DNA of 64,000 nt from Waterburya sp. (GTDB taxonomy: Bacteria > Cyanobacteriota > Cyanobacteriia > Cyanobacteriales > Xenococcaceae), in the NCBI GenBank assembly GCA_965217895.1, contig CBDCJV010000002.1, positions 2,048,001 to 2,112,000 of the forward strand, in the 5' to 3' direction. The notes under the pieces were generated by a model. The model saw only the letters and a list, made by a program, of their open reading frames with translations. It was not told the origin of the DNA and did no database searches. The translations under genes were made by a program, and so were the position numbers. Below, one piece after another: positions 19,394-29,069 of the stretch; positions within the stretch are counted from its first letter, which is position 1, and every line of letters begins with the position of its first letter.

Positions 19394-21190
19394 ATGAATT
19401 CTCTTACCACTCAGACATTAGAATACGACGTTGCCATTATGGGGGCGGGATTTGCTGGTGTTTGCCAAGCCCGACATCTGCTGCTAAATATTCCTAATAT
19501 TCGAGTGGCGATAATTGACCCTCGCCCCATGCTGCGATCGCAGAAAGATTTAAAACTCGGTGAATCGTTAATTGAAGTCGCTGCTCTTTTTCTAGCTAAA
19601 GAATTAGGACTTAATGATTATCTAATCGAAAACCACACGCCCAAATCTGGGTTAAACTTTCACTGGCCCAAACAAAGCGATCGCACCGAAACTCTCGATG
19701 ACTACTATCACGTTTGGGCAAATCGACAGACCCCCATTGCTTCATACCACTTACACCGAGCTAAATTCGAGCAGGATCTGCTCAAAATGAACGCAGACAT
19801 GGGAGCAATTTTTTATCACGGTCGCGTTACCGATGTAGATCTAACCGAGGGAGACGCGCTTAAAAATATTGAAGTTAAACAAGGCAAAGAAACTTTAAAC
19901 ATCAAAGCCAAGCACGTTATCGATGCTGCTGGTCGTCGATTTCTCATCGGACAGAAAACCGATAATCTATTGTTTGGTGCCGAAAATCTCCTTGGAGTTA
20001 ATAACGGTTCTGCTTGGCTGCGAGTTAAAAACGTTGATCGCCAGATCTTTGATGAGGGATACGATCCTACGGGAACAACGAGCAGCCGTTACTATGCTAC
20101 CAATCACTATTTTGGTTCGGGACATTGGCTGTGGATGATTCCTATCGATAAACATTCCAACGAGCTATCAATTGGGGTGGTTCACCATCACAATGTTATT
20201 GCAGCTAAAGAAATTAATACCCAAGAGAAATTTTTTGGGTTTCTCGAAGCAAATCACAAGCTTTTGGCACGTCTGATTGATAGTGGTGAAATTGTTGATT
20301 TTCACTATTGGTCGAAGCTAGCTTATAAAAGTAAAACTCTGTTTTCCCCAGATAATTGGTATGTCCTGGGGGATGCAGCGCAAATCTTTGATGGTTTCTA
20401 TTCCTATGGAACGACGATGATTGCTTTTGCGGTAGAAAGCACCACAGAAATTATTCGCGCCAAGCTAGCGGGAGAGGCTGATGCTGAAATCAAGCGATCG
20501 GCATACAATGACTTTAATCTTGCTTACGGTCGCAGCGTTAACTGTCTCTATCGAGGTCATGATAAACAATTAGGTCATGCCAGCGTTATGAGTTGGCGTA
20601 TTTACTTTGAGTATATGTGGTGGTTTGGGGTACATATACCAATGTATATCGGTAAATGGCATCTCAACCTGAAGTTTGTTGACAAATACGTAGACATTGC
20701 TAATGCCAACGTCGATGGGCTTTTTGCCGATCTTTCTCAGCAATTTGATCGCTTAGTAGAACAAAGAGCGAATATCGGCTTGATGGATCCTTACCGAGCC
20801 GATCGCCTGTTTGGATATAGCACATTACAGCACTTTGATGACTTTTTAGAAAATACTAAATTCGAGCCAATGCGGTGTAATGTTTTCGCCAGCATGAAAA
20901 ATGCTTATTTTTACATCGCGCTGTGGTATGTACTGTTTCAGTGGAAAGGGTTTGGTATTGCTGGGTTAATCAATCCCCGTCATCTATATCACTTCGGTCG
21001 TTTGTTAGCACTATCGGTTAAAGCAGTTATCGGTGAAATAATTTATAAATTCAAAACCAGAGGTTTGCCCGACAATAGCCAAGTCGAACAGATTCGTCAA
21101 GAGTTTGAGAGTTACCGATACCGACCACAGCAGTTGATGCCAACAAAAGCGGTGCAACAGGAGCAGGAGGAGTTTGCCAAACAGCGATAA
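19394..21190 (+). CDS. Flavin-dependent halogenase-like enzyme 2 (paralog of enzyme 1)
   Basis: GAGFAG, LKLGESL, WLWMIP, GDAAQIFDGFYSYG; colinear with 17543..19300. Confidence 0.8.
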   Translation: MNSLTTQTLEYDVAIMGAGFAGVCQARHLLLNIPNIRVAIIDPRPMLRSQKDLKLGESLIEVAALFLAKELGLNDYLIENHTPKSGLNFHWPKQSDRTETLDDYYHVWANRQTPIASYHLHRAKFEQDLLKMNADMGAIFYHGRVTDVDLTEGDALKNIEVKQGKETLNIKAKHVIDAAGRRFLIGQKTDNLLFGAENLLGVNNGSAWLRVKNVDRQIFDEGYDPTGTTSSRYYATNHYFGSGHWLWMIPIDKHSNELSIGVVHHHNVIAAKEINTQEKFFGFLEANHKLLARLIDSGEIVDFHYWSKLAYKSKTLFSPDNWYVLGDAAQIFDGFYSYGTTMIAFAVESTTEIIRAKLAGEADAEIKRSAYNDFNLAYGRSVNCLYRGHDKQLGHASVMSWRIYFEYMWWFGVHIPMYIGKWHLNLKFVDKYVDIANANVDGLFADLSQQFDRLVEQRANIGLMDPYRADRLFGYSTLQHFDDFLENTKFEPMRCNVFASMKNAYFYIALWYVLFQWKGFGIAGLINPRHLYHFGRLLALSVKAVIGEIIYKFKTRGLPDNSQVEQIRQEFESYRYRPQQLMPTKAVQQEQEEFAKQR

Positions 21191-21236
21191 CCATTTAGAT
21201 CTGCTGTCAATTTTAATAACTTAAATTTAAATAGAT

Positions 21237-22253
21237 ATGTTATTGGAATTAGCTAAATATATACTCGCAGGTGCGATCGCCTTGCTTTTATTCTTGATAG
21301 TGATAGGAAGGGTCTACCAAGCCACTGCTACTGCAAGAGATTGCTCCAAATATCCGCCTCCAGGTAAGCTAATATATATCGGCGGGTATAAACTTCACCT
21401 TGATTGTCAGGGAGAAGGCGAGATTACCGTAGTTATGGATTATGGTTTGGGGGGCTTATCTTCCCTTTGGAGTCTGGTACAGTCAAAAGTAGCAAAATTT
21501 ACTCAGGTCTGTACCTATGACCGTGCTGGTTATGGTTGGAGCGATCGCAGTCCTTATCCTCGTACGAGTCAGCAGCTAGTTCGAGAACTGCATTTATTGT
21601 TAACTAAAGCCGAAATTAAACCTCCCTACATCTTGGTGGGTCATTCTTTAGGAGGCTTGAATATGCGTTTATTCGCCAGTCAATATCCCGATGAAGTTAG
21701 AGCAATAGTATTGGTAGATGCCGTACCCGCTAATATTTATTCTCGCTTAAATCCTCAGTTTCAGAAATATATGGCCAAAACCAACCAGATGTTTTTTTGG
21801 TTGTCTATTCTGTCGCGATTTGGTTTGTTGCGCTTGGGAACTCAACTGCTAGGGAATAAAGTCGCTCCAGATTTTGTCCGTAAGCTACCTGCTGAAATTC
21901 AACCAATAGTTCTGGCTCAGTTTTGCCCTAAGACTTTTAATACAGCGATCGCCGAAAGTCTGTTAATGGAAGATAGTGCCAAGCAAGTTAGCCAGACAAA
22001 ATTACCAGAAGATTTGCCCTTAATATTGCTATCTCACGGAATCAATATGTTTTCTAACCTTTCAGTTTCAGAAGCAGAAAAAGCTGGGTCGGTTTGGCAG
22101 AAACTGCAAGCAGAAACGGCATTGACTTCAAAAGGTATGTTAAACCAGGCTCAAACAAGCGGTCATGATATTCATATCGATTGCCCTCAGCTAGTAATAG
22201 ATGGGATTCGTCAAGCGATTTTATTGTCCGAAGGGCGATCGCGCGATCAATAA
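21237..22253 (+). CDS. Alpha/beta hydrolase with N-terminal membrane anchor
   Basis: YDRAGYGWS, GHSLG nucleophile elbow, C-terminal SGHDIH. Confidence 0.88.
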   Translation: MLLELAKYILAGAIALLLFLIVIGRVYQATATARDCSKYPPPGKLIYIGGYKLHLDCQGEGEITVVMDYGLGGLSSLWSLVQSKVAKFTQVCTYDRAGYGWSDRSPYPRTSQQLVRELHLLLTKAEIKPPYILVGHSLGGLNMRLFASQYPDEVRAIVLVDAVPANIYSRLNPQFQKYMAKTNQMFFWLSILSRFGLLRLGTQLLGNKVAPDFVRKLPAEIQPIVLAQFCPKTFNTAIAESLLMEDSAKQVSQTKLPEDLPLILLSHGINMFSNLSVSEAEKAGSVWQKLQAETALTSKGMLNQAQTSGHDIHIDCPQLVIDGIRQAILLSEGRSRDQ

Positions 22254-22326
22254 GATAAAAGCTCGAAAAAATATTTAAATTAATAGAAAAGAGTAGACAC
22301 AATTTAGTCAACCCAAAATACTATTT

Positions 22327-24339
22327 ATGATTCGCATTCTGCTAGTAGACGATTGCAACATGATACGGCAAGGACTTCAAGCATTGCTCGAACTCAGAGC
22401 GAAACTAAAAGTAGTGGGTACTGCCGAAGATGGTCACAGCGTAATAGAACAGGTAAAGAATCTCCAACCTGATATTGTGTTGATGGATATCGAGATGCCA
22501 GGAATGAGTGGCATAACTGCCACCGAAAAAATTTGTCAGCAATTTCCCCAGACAAAAGTTATCGTTCTCAGCAGCCACGAAGAGCAAGAATATGTTATTC
22601 AAGCTTTAAAAGCGGGAGCAGAAGGCTATTTACTAAAAAATGCTCATGCTGATGATCTAGAACAGGCAATTTTCGCAGTATATCGAGGTCAGTGCCAGAT
22701 AGAGTCAAAATTATTTAAAGAAGTATTCGCCAAATCTTCTATTTTGCGATCTCTTGAATCATCAGAACTAAACACATCTACTTCGATAGGCGAGCGATCG
22801 CCTGAGTTAGAAAGGGATCTCAACCAGGCGTTTAATTATACGGAGAACAGTAAAAATGGCTCATCGTCAAAGATTAGCAAGACGATTCCAAAACTAGTAA
22901 ATGAACGATCGTCATCTGAGATTGACGAAGTAAACGCTAGCTCTGCTTCAAAACGAGATACTGTTTATCAGCCATTAGCTTGGGGTTTAGAAACATCGGC
23001 GTTAAACTCTGACTCGATTGAGGAAAAACCAAAATTGCAGCCTAAAAAAACCATATTTTTCCAGTATTTGTGGTGGTGGATTATCGGCTTAGGGGTCTTT
23101 TCCATCTTATTGATTGCTATAATTACTTTTGTTTATTTACGAGCTAGCAAAAATTCTCCTCAACCAGTTGTAGAAACTCGCGTCGTACCCCAAGCAGTTT
23201 CAGCAATTGGTTATTTAGAACCACAAGGAGAAGCAATTAAACTATCTGCACCTGCTTTTTTGGAAGGGGCGCGTATCGAGCAGTTGCTGGTCAAACGAGG
23301 AGAAAAGGTTAAAACTGGGCAAGTAGTAGCAATTTTAGATAATCGCGATCGCTTACAGGCTGCTCTCCAACAAGCACAAGCAGAAGTAAAAACGGCTCAA
23401 GCTCGTCTGGCACAAGTCAAAGCAGGAGCCAAACAAGGAGAAATCCAATCGCAAAACGCTAAACTTCAAGAGACAAAAGCCGAATTAGCTGGGCAAATTG
23501 CTACCCAAACCGCCAACATTGCTAATTTAAAAGCTCAACTTGAAGGACAAACTAATTCTCAACGGGCAACTATTGCCAGATTAAAGGCTGAATTAAACAA
23601 CGCGACTAAAGAATGTCAGCGATACGAATTTCTCTTAGCCGATGGTGCGATCGCTGCTTCCAAACGCGATCGGATCTGCTTGCAGCAAGAAACTACTCAA
23701 AAACAACTCCAAGCTGCAAATGTAAATTTAATTGAAACTAAAGCGACCCTACAACAACAAATCGGTGAAGCCCAAGCTAATTTGAAACGTACTAAAGCAA
23801 CTTTAGCTAACCAAATTAATGAAGCCGAAGCTAGTTTTAAAGCCGTAGCCGAAGTCCGCCCTGTAGATGTAGCCGTCGCTCAATCCGAATTAGCAACTGC
23901 GATCGCTGCTGTTAAAAAGGGACAAGCAGACTTAGATTTAGCCTCTGTAAAATCGCCAATAAACGGTCAGATCTTAGAGATTAATACTTGGCCAGGAGAA
24001 TTTGTTGACAATGCCAAAGGTATAGTGGTGATGGGCGATACCCAGAATATGTACGTAGTCGCAGAAGTCTACGAAACCGATATAGATCGCGTTCACATCG
24101 GTCAAAGCGCAACCATTACTAGCGATGGAATTACTCAAAAACTAGCTGGAACTGTCGATGATGTTGGTTGGCAAATTGGCACTAAAGACGTTCTTGGTAC
24201 TGATCCTGTAGCAGATACAGACGCTAGAGTTGTCAAAGTCAAAATTCGCTTAAACGCCAAATCTAGCCAGCGAGTAAAGCATTTAACTAACCTAGAAGTT
24301 AACGCCATTATCAATACATCCAAACAGATTCAAAAATAG
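22327..24339 (+). CDS. Receiver domain fused to a DevB/HlyD-family membrane fusion protein
   Basis: N-terminal NarL-type REC (LLVDD, LMDIEMP, VLSS, YLLKN), low-complexity linker, TM helix, then AVSAIGYLEPQGE, coiled coil, VAEVYETDI, DARVVKVKIRL. Confidence 0.88.
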   Translation: MIRILLVDDCNMIRQGLQALLELRAKLKVVGTAEDGHSVIEQVKNLQPDIVLMDIEMPGMSGITATEKICQQFPQTKVIVLSSHEEQEYVIQALKAGAEGYLLKNAHADDLEQAIFAVYRGQCQIESKLFKEVFAKSSILRSLESSELNTSTSIGERSPELERDLNQAFNYTENSKNGSSSKISKTIPKLVNERSSSEIDEVNASSASKRDTVYQPLAWGLETSALNSDSIEEKPKLQPKKTIFFQYLWWWIIGLGVFSILLIAIITFVYLRASKNSPQPVVETRVVPQAVSAIGYLEPQGEAIKLSAPAFLEGARIEQLLVKRGEKVKTGQVVAILDNRDRLQAALQQAQAEVKTAQARLAQVKAGAKQGEIQSQNAKLQETKAELAGQIATQTANIANLKAQLEGQTNSQRATIARLKAELNNATKECQRYEFLLADGAIAASKRDRICLQQETTQKQLQAANVNLIETKATLQQQIGEAQANLKRTKATLANQINEAEASFKAVAEVRPVDVAVAQSELATAIAAVKKGQADLDLASVKSPINGQILEINTWPGEFVDNAKGIVVMGDTQNMYVVAEVYETDIDRVHIGQSATITSDGITQKLAGTVDDVGWQIGTKDVLGTDPVADTDARVVKVKIRLNAKSSQRVKHLTNLEVNAIINTSKQIQK

Positions 24340-24351
24340 GGGATTAAATTA

Positions 24352-25524
24352 ATGTTCGATCGCTTGTTTACTGCTTGGCTACAGCTAAAATATCAAAAAA
24401 TTCGGTTTTTAATTGCACTTTCGGGGGTAATTTTTGCCGTTGTCATTGTTTTTATGCAATTGGGTATTCGCGATGCCTTATTTAACAGTGCGGTTCGTTT
24501 TCACCAAGGTTTACAAGGAGACTGCTTTATTATTAGTCCTCGCTCGACATCTTTAATCGCCATGGAAAGTTTTTCTCAACGCCGTTTGGTGCAAGCCTTA
24601 GCTTTTGAAGAAGTAGAATTTGTTAATCCGATTTATCTTGATTTTGTCCAGTGGAAAAATCCCGAATCTAGAAAATACTGGCGTAATATTTTTGTAATAG
24701 GTTTCGATCTTCGACACCAAACTTTCGACTTACCTGGAGTTAAAGCAAGTCTCAATCAACTTCAACTTCCAGATACTATTTTATTTGATCGCACTTCGAG
24801 AACTGAATTTGGACCAGTAGCCGAACAATTTGAGGAAAAAGGTTCGGTGATTACCGAACTGGGAAGTAATAGCGGTTCTAATTGTCGAGTTAAAGTAGTA
24901 GGATTATTTGAGTTAGGAACTTCTTTTGGTTCTGATGGCAACATTATTACCAGCGACGTTAACTTTTTGCGGATCTCAAATACTCGTCAAAAAGGCTTTA
25001 TTGATGTTGGTTTAATTAAATTAAAATCGGCTGTCAATCCAGAACTTTTTAAAACTAAGCTGCAAAAATATTTAGCCCAAGATGTCAGAATTTTTACCAA
25101 ACAGGGATTTATTAACTTTGAAAAAAGCTATTGGCAAAGCAGCACTGCCATTGGCTTTATTTTTAATTTGGGTGTCGCTTTGGGCCTAATCGTCGGCATT
25201 GTCGTGGTTTATCAAATACTTTATACCAACATTTCCGACCACTTGCAGGAATACGCCACTTTAAAAGCGATCGGTTACAGTCGAAGATATATGTTAAATA
25301 TAGTTTTTCAACAAGCTTTAATTATCGGAATTTTGGGTTATATTCCAGGATTATTAATTACTATTATTCAATATGAGTTTACCAAACAGGCAACTTTGCT
25401 ACCAATTGAGATGACTTGGCAAAGAGCGGCGTATGTCTTGGTAGCAACCATAATTATGTGTTCGATCTCTGGGGTTTCGGCGATGAATAAGCTGAAGTCT
25501 GCCAACCCTGCCGATATCTTTTAA
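24352..25524 (+). CDS. devC: DevC-family ABC exporter permease
   Basis: AWLQL..FAVVIVFMQLG, YQILYTNISDHLQEYATLKAIGY, C-terminal ANPADIF. Confidence 0.9.
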   Translation: MFDRLFTAWLQLKYQKIRFLIALSGVIFAVVIVFMQLGIRDALFNSAVRFHQGLQGDCFIISPRSTSLIAMESFSQRRLVQALAFEEVEFVNPIYLDFVQWKNPESRKYWRNIFVIGFDLRHQTFDLPGVKASLNQLQLPDTILFDRTSRTEFGPVAEQFEEKGSVITELGSNSGSNCRVKVVGLFELGTSFGSDGNIITSDVNFLRISNTRQKGFIDVGLIKLKSAVNPELFKTKLQKYLAQDVRIFTKQGFINFEKSYWQSSTAIGFIFNLGVALGLIVGIVVVYQILYTNISDHLQEYATLKAIGYSRRYMLNIVFQQALIIGILGYIPGLLITIIQYEFTKQATLLPIEMTWQRAAYVLVATIIMCSISGVSAMNKLKSANPADIF

Positions 25525-25535
25525 TCTTTTTAGCG

Positions 25536-26219
25536 ATGAACCCAATTGTGATCCGCAATTTAAATCATTATTTTGGCGAACAAGCTTTAGTCAAACAAAC
25601 CTTATTTGACATCAATATAGAAATCAAAGCGGGTGAGATTATAATCCTAACTGGTCCTTCAGGATCTGGTAAAACTACCTTGCTAACTTTAATCGGTGGA
25701 CTGCGATCGGTTCAATCTGGCAGCTTGCTAACTTTAAATCGAGAATTATGCGGGGCAAGTGAAGCCGACTTAGTCCAACTCAGACGCAAAATTGGCTATA
25801 TCTTTCAGGCACACAATTTATTACCCTTTATGACCGCACAACAAAACGTGCAGATGTCTTTAGAACTAGATAATAATTTAAGTAGTCGTCAAGCTGCTGT
25901 AAAAGCCATGGAAATGCTGGCAGCAGTAGGCTTAGAAGCAAGAGCTAAATACTATCCCCAAAAACTTTCAGGGGGACAAAAACAACGGGTGGCGATCGCC
26001 AGAGCTTTAGCCAGCAATCCTGAGTTAGTTTTAGCCGATGAACCAACTGCTGCTTTAGATAGTAAAACAGGTCGAGAAGTTGTCAATATAATGCGTCGCT
26101 TGGTCAAAGAAAAAAACTCGACGATCCTTTTAGTAACTCATGACAATCGTATTTTAGACACAGCCGATCAAGTTATCCATCTAGAGGATGGTCGCTCGAT
26201 CGGGATAAGTGGTAACTAA
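25536..26219 (+). CDS. devA: DevA-family ABC exporter ATPase
   Basis: GPSGSGKT, LSGGQKQR, LADEPTAALD, VTHD. Confidence 0.9.
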   Translation: MNPIVIRNLNHYFGEQALVKQTLFDINIEIKAGEIIILTGPSGSGKTTLLTLIGGLRSVQSGSLLTLNRELCGASEADLVQLRRKIGYIFQAHNLLPFMTAQQNVQMSLELDNNLSSRQAAVKAMEMLAAVGLEARAKYYPQKLSGGQKQRVAIARALASNPELVLADEPTAALDSKTGREVVNIMRRLVKEKNSTILLVTHDNRILDTADQVIHLEDGRSIGISGN

Positions 26220-26325
26220 CCTATCCTACTAATATAATAGTAGTGGGGGTTTGAGTAGCAACTGATACTGAGCCACGAACTTAACATTTAGACGAAAGGC
26301 GATCGCCAGCAAAAATAGCCAAAGT

Positions 26326-26866
26326 TAATCAGGAGCTAACTTAGCAAAAGAAGATACGCGAGTTTTTGCAAAAGGGATACCCTCAAACCACGCAAACAGA
26401 CGAACCGCATTCATCGCAGCCACTGTAAGTATGTATTGTAAATGAACTTTATCCAATTGATTCGACATTATGTTGTTGCTTACTCTTAACTAATAAAGTG
26501 CCATCTACATAACCCGCATCAATCAAATGCTCAGATGGTAATAATTCTTTGTCAGCTAAAGATTGATGAATTGATTCAGTTTGGTCTACATCACTTAAGT
26601 GGGCTTGTATTGTTTGAACATTGGTAATTAAATGAACTTGCCTTTTCTCACAAGTTTCAGTTAGATGTACCTTTCAAGGCTAAACTGCCAGGACGCAGGA
26701 CTGGCTGACCTTCAGATGAATAAAGTTCGGCAAAATCTTCATCATCGTAAAATGTTCCCAATTTATCTCTCAGGCTTATATAAAGATTCCCTTTGGGAAA
26801 AGCTTGGTGGGCTATTTCTTTAGTGAGAGATGGGATGGGTTTGATTGATTTACGATGTAGAACCAT
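26326..26866 (-). pseudogene. IS1182-family transposase remnant (three joined pieces)
   Basis: N-terminal AFPKGNLYISLRDKLG; middle LITNVQT..LLPSEHLIDAGY; C-terminal KVHLQYILTVAAMNAVRLFAW..TRVSSFAKLA (manual translation). Confidence 0.75.
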
Positions 26867-26983
26867 AATTAATGACTCTCCCAGAACTTTTTTAATTACC
26901 TATAAGCTCAATTTAGGTCATTTTGTGAAACTAAATTATTAAAGATTGCGACCGCTTTTCGTCTAAATGTTAAGTTCGTCAGC

Positions 26984-27782
26984 CTGTGGGGGCGACACAA
27001 GAGGGATAAAAGCAAGCCAGGAGTGAGATTGAGAAAAGTAGTCTCCCAAAAGATGAGAGACTATTATCAATAATCTTTTTTGTTGAAAACGGAATGATTC
27101 TGTCTTGGTCAGCGTTCCCTTGCGTCTTACGCCGACGCGGGGTCTGACCGCAACTACCCGAATTATATAGCAAACATCTCAAAAAACAATTTAGTTGTTC
27201 TCAGTATCTAATCTTCGTAATCCTAATCAACTTACTTCAAGATTTACACACAGTCCGATTAGAAGAATTAGCCCGTCGTTTTCCTATATCCATTCAATTA
27301 AGAAGCAGAGTCAAGAAAATACAACGATTTTTATCTCTTCCTCTATTTAATATTCAAAATCTTTGGTTTCCCATTTTAGAAACTTGGCTAAAAACAGAGT
27401 GGCAAGGCAAGCAAACAATTTATTTAGCCATTGATCGTAGTCAGTGGAGAACTATAAATTTACTGATGGTTAGTATGATTTATAATAATCGAGCGATTCC
27501 AGTATATTTTTTTCTCTTACCTAAGAAGGGAAATAGTAACTTAGCACAGCAAAAACAAGTTTTAGAACCAACACTAAAACTGTTACAAGACTATCAAATT
27601 GTTGTGCTAGGAGATCGAGAATTTTGCGGAGTAGAGTTAGCTCGATGGCTTTCAGATTTTTCCAAGATGTCGTTCAAGAATTGATCCGTTTTTCAACTGC
27701 CAAACACGATTATTATCGAAAAGGTATGAGGGCTAAAGCCTTGATTCAGCAAGCTTTCTGATTCGTTCTGTTGCCCCTACAG
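26984..27782 (+). mobile_element. Internally deleted IS4-family element with both inverted repeats
   Basis: IRL CTGTGGGGGCGACAC; IRR on minus strand CTGTAGGGGCAACAG; transposase pieces LPELYSKHLK..YLAIDRSQW..VLGDREFCG and C-terminal YYRKGMRAKALIQQAF*. Confidence 0.75.
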
Positions 27783-28455
27783 GGCTAATTTATCAACCTT
27801 TTCTTCGAGTTTAAGATTAGAACTATTGACTATGGTTTTTACTTTTTTACGAAATTTCAAGAAATTCTCCTTAGATGGAGTGCTTCTGAATTTGCCGTTG
27901 CTTTGAACCTTGAAGTTCCAGCCTAAAAAGTCAAATCCATCTGTCGAGGCTGTTAGCTTTGTTTTCTTCTCGCTTATTTCCATTCCTCTTTCGGCTAAAA
28001 ATTCTTTTACTTTGTTTAATAACTCTTTAGCATTGTCTTTGGATTTTAAGAAGAAAATCATATCATCTGCATATCTAACGCATATTGATTGCATTTTTCT
28101 TTTGGCTTTGATTTCGCCTATTCTTTCAATACCGTTTAATGCTATGTTGACAAGTAATGGGCTAACCACCCCGCCTTGAGGAGTTCCTTGTTCTGGAAAT
28201 TGAACGTTTGTCCCCGCTTTAAGACATCTGAAAATGCCTAGACTTAAGTTTCGGGGGCAGAGAAGTTCGTCCATTATGGCTTTGTGGCTAATCCTATCGA
28301 AGCATTTGCTGATATCAAGTTCTAGGACTCTTTTATCCATTCCTTTTACTCGGCTGTTTAGATTTTGAAAGATTATCTTTTGGGCATCGTGACACCATCT
28401 AGCTGGTCTGAATCCGTAGCTTTGGGCATGAAATGTAGCTTCATGTGCTGGTTCT
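27783..28455 (-). pseudogene. Group II intron reverse transcriptase fragment
   Basis: SYGFRP, LDISKCFDRI, GTPQGGVVSPLL, RYADD, FDFLGW; cut on both sides by IS remnants. Confidence 0.88.
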
Positions 28456-28645
28456 AGAGTTGGCGCGAACAAAACCAATAAACTGAGTCTCCCCTGGAAA
28501 TGGTAGATAATCCATCATTAGAGCCAGATAGAGCCAGAGTCATAATTTCGCTGTCACTCATTTCTGGCTTTACCCCAGGACATTTACGCTCGCTTGATTT
28601 CTCTAGCTGATACCAATCGTCTACAAGAACGAAAACTATCACTCT
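28456..28645 (-). pseudogene. IS982-family transposase 5' fragment, frameshifted
   Basis: FVLVDDWYQ..PGVKPEMSDSEIMTLAL, then MDYLPFPGETQFIGFVRAN in another frame. Confidence 0.7.
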
Positions 28646-28699
28646 TTTGGCTTTCAAAGTCTATGCTATTCATGAGGAAAGATATTTAGATGGGCAGCT

Positions 28700-28936
28700 T
28701 GATAACTTTCATCTTCTGTCTTTTCCTCACTTTTTCCTAATTCACACTAGACGTACAATATTGAAAATTTTATTATTTGTAACAGTGCTTGATACTCCAT
28801 TAATATCTATTTCTTTGGCAATCTCTAGTACGCGATCGGCGATCGCGATTGGTACTTTTATTGTTTTTGTTTTCCCAGACTTCCACTTTGGCTAATATTT
28901 AACCAAAGAAGATTCATTACCTTTTTTATTAGCCAT
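28700..28936 (-). pseudogene. Small basic protein remnant with an in-frame stop
   Basis: Manual translation MANKKGNESSLVKY*PKWKSGKTKTIKVPIAIADRVLEIAKEID; resembles small ribbon-helix-type proteins of cyanobacterial mobile DNA. 3' boundary approximate. Confidence 0.4.
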
Positions 28937-29069
28937 GATTCACTTGATACACTGTACTAACCATAACAAATTTCCATATTTAAATAACTTGTGTCAAGTG
29001 ATTAACTAATAATCGCGGTCTTTATTTTGTACAGTTAGTTTGTGTTGTAGGTTTATCTTTTTTGCTCAT

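Noticed and set aside
8176..26219. Heterocyst glycolipid (hgl) or PUFA synthase cluster because of devBCA
   Set aside because: The KS motif and the KR-DH-PPTase-hot-dog TE order are PKSE-type; no chain-length-factor or enoyl reductase genes.
27777..28478. Retron, DGR or other defence reverse transcriptase
   Set aside because: Motifs are group II intron-type, the gene is truncated at both ends by IS pieces, and the ORF-track start derives from the IS982 fragment.
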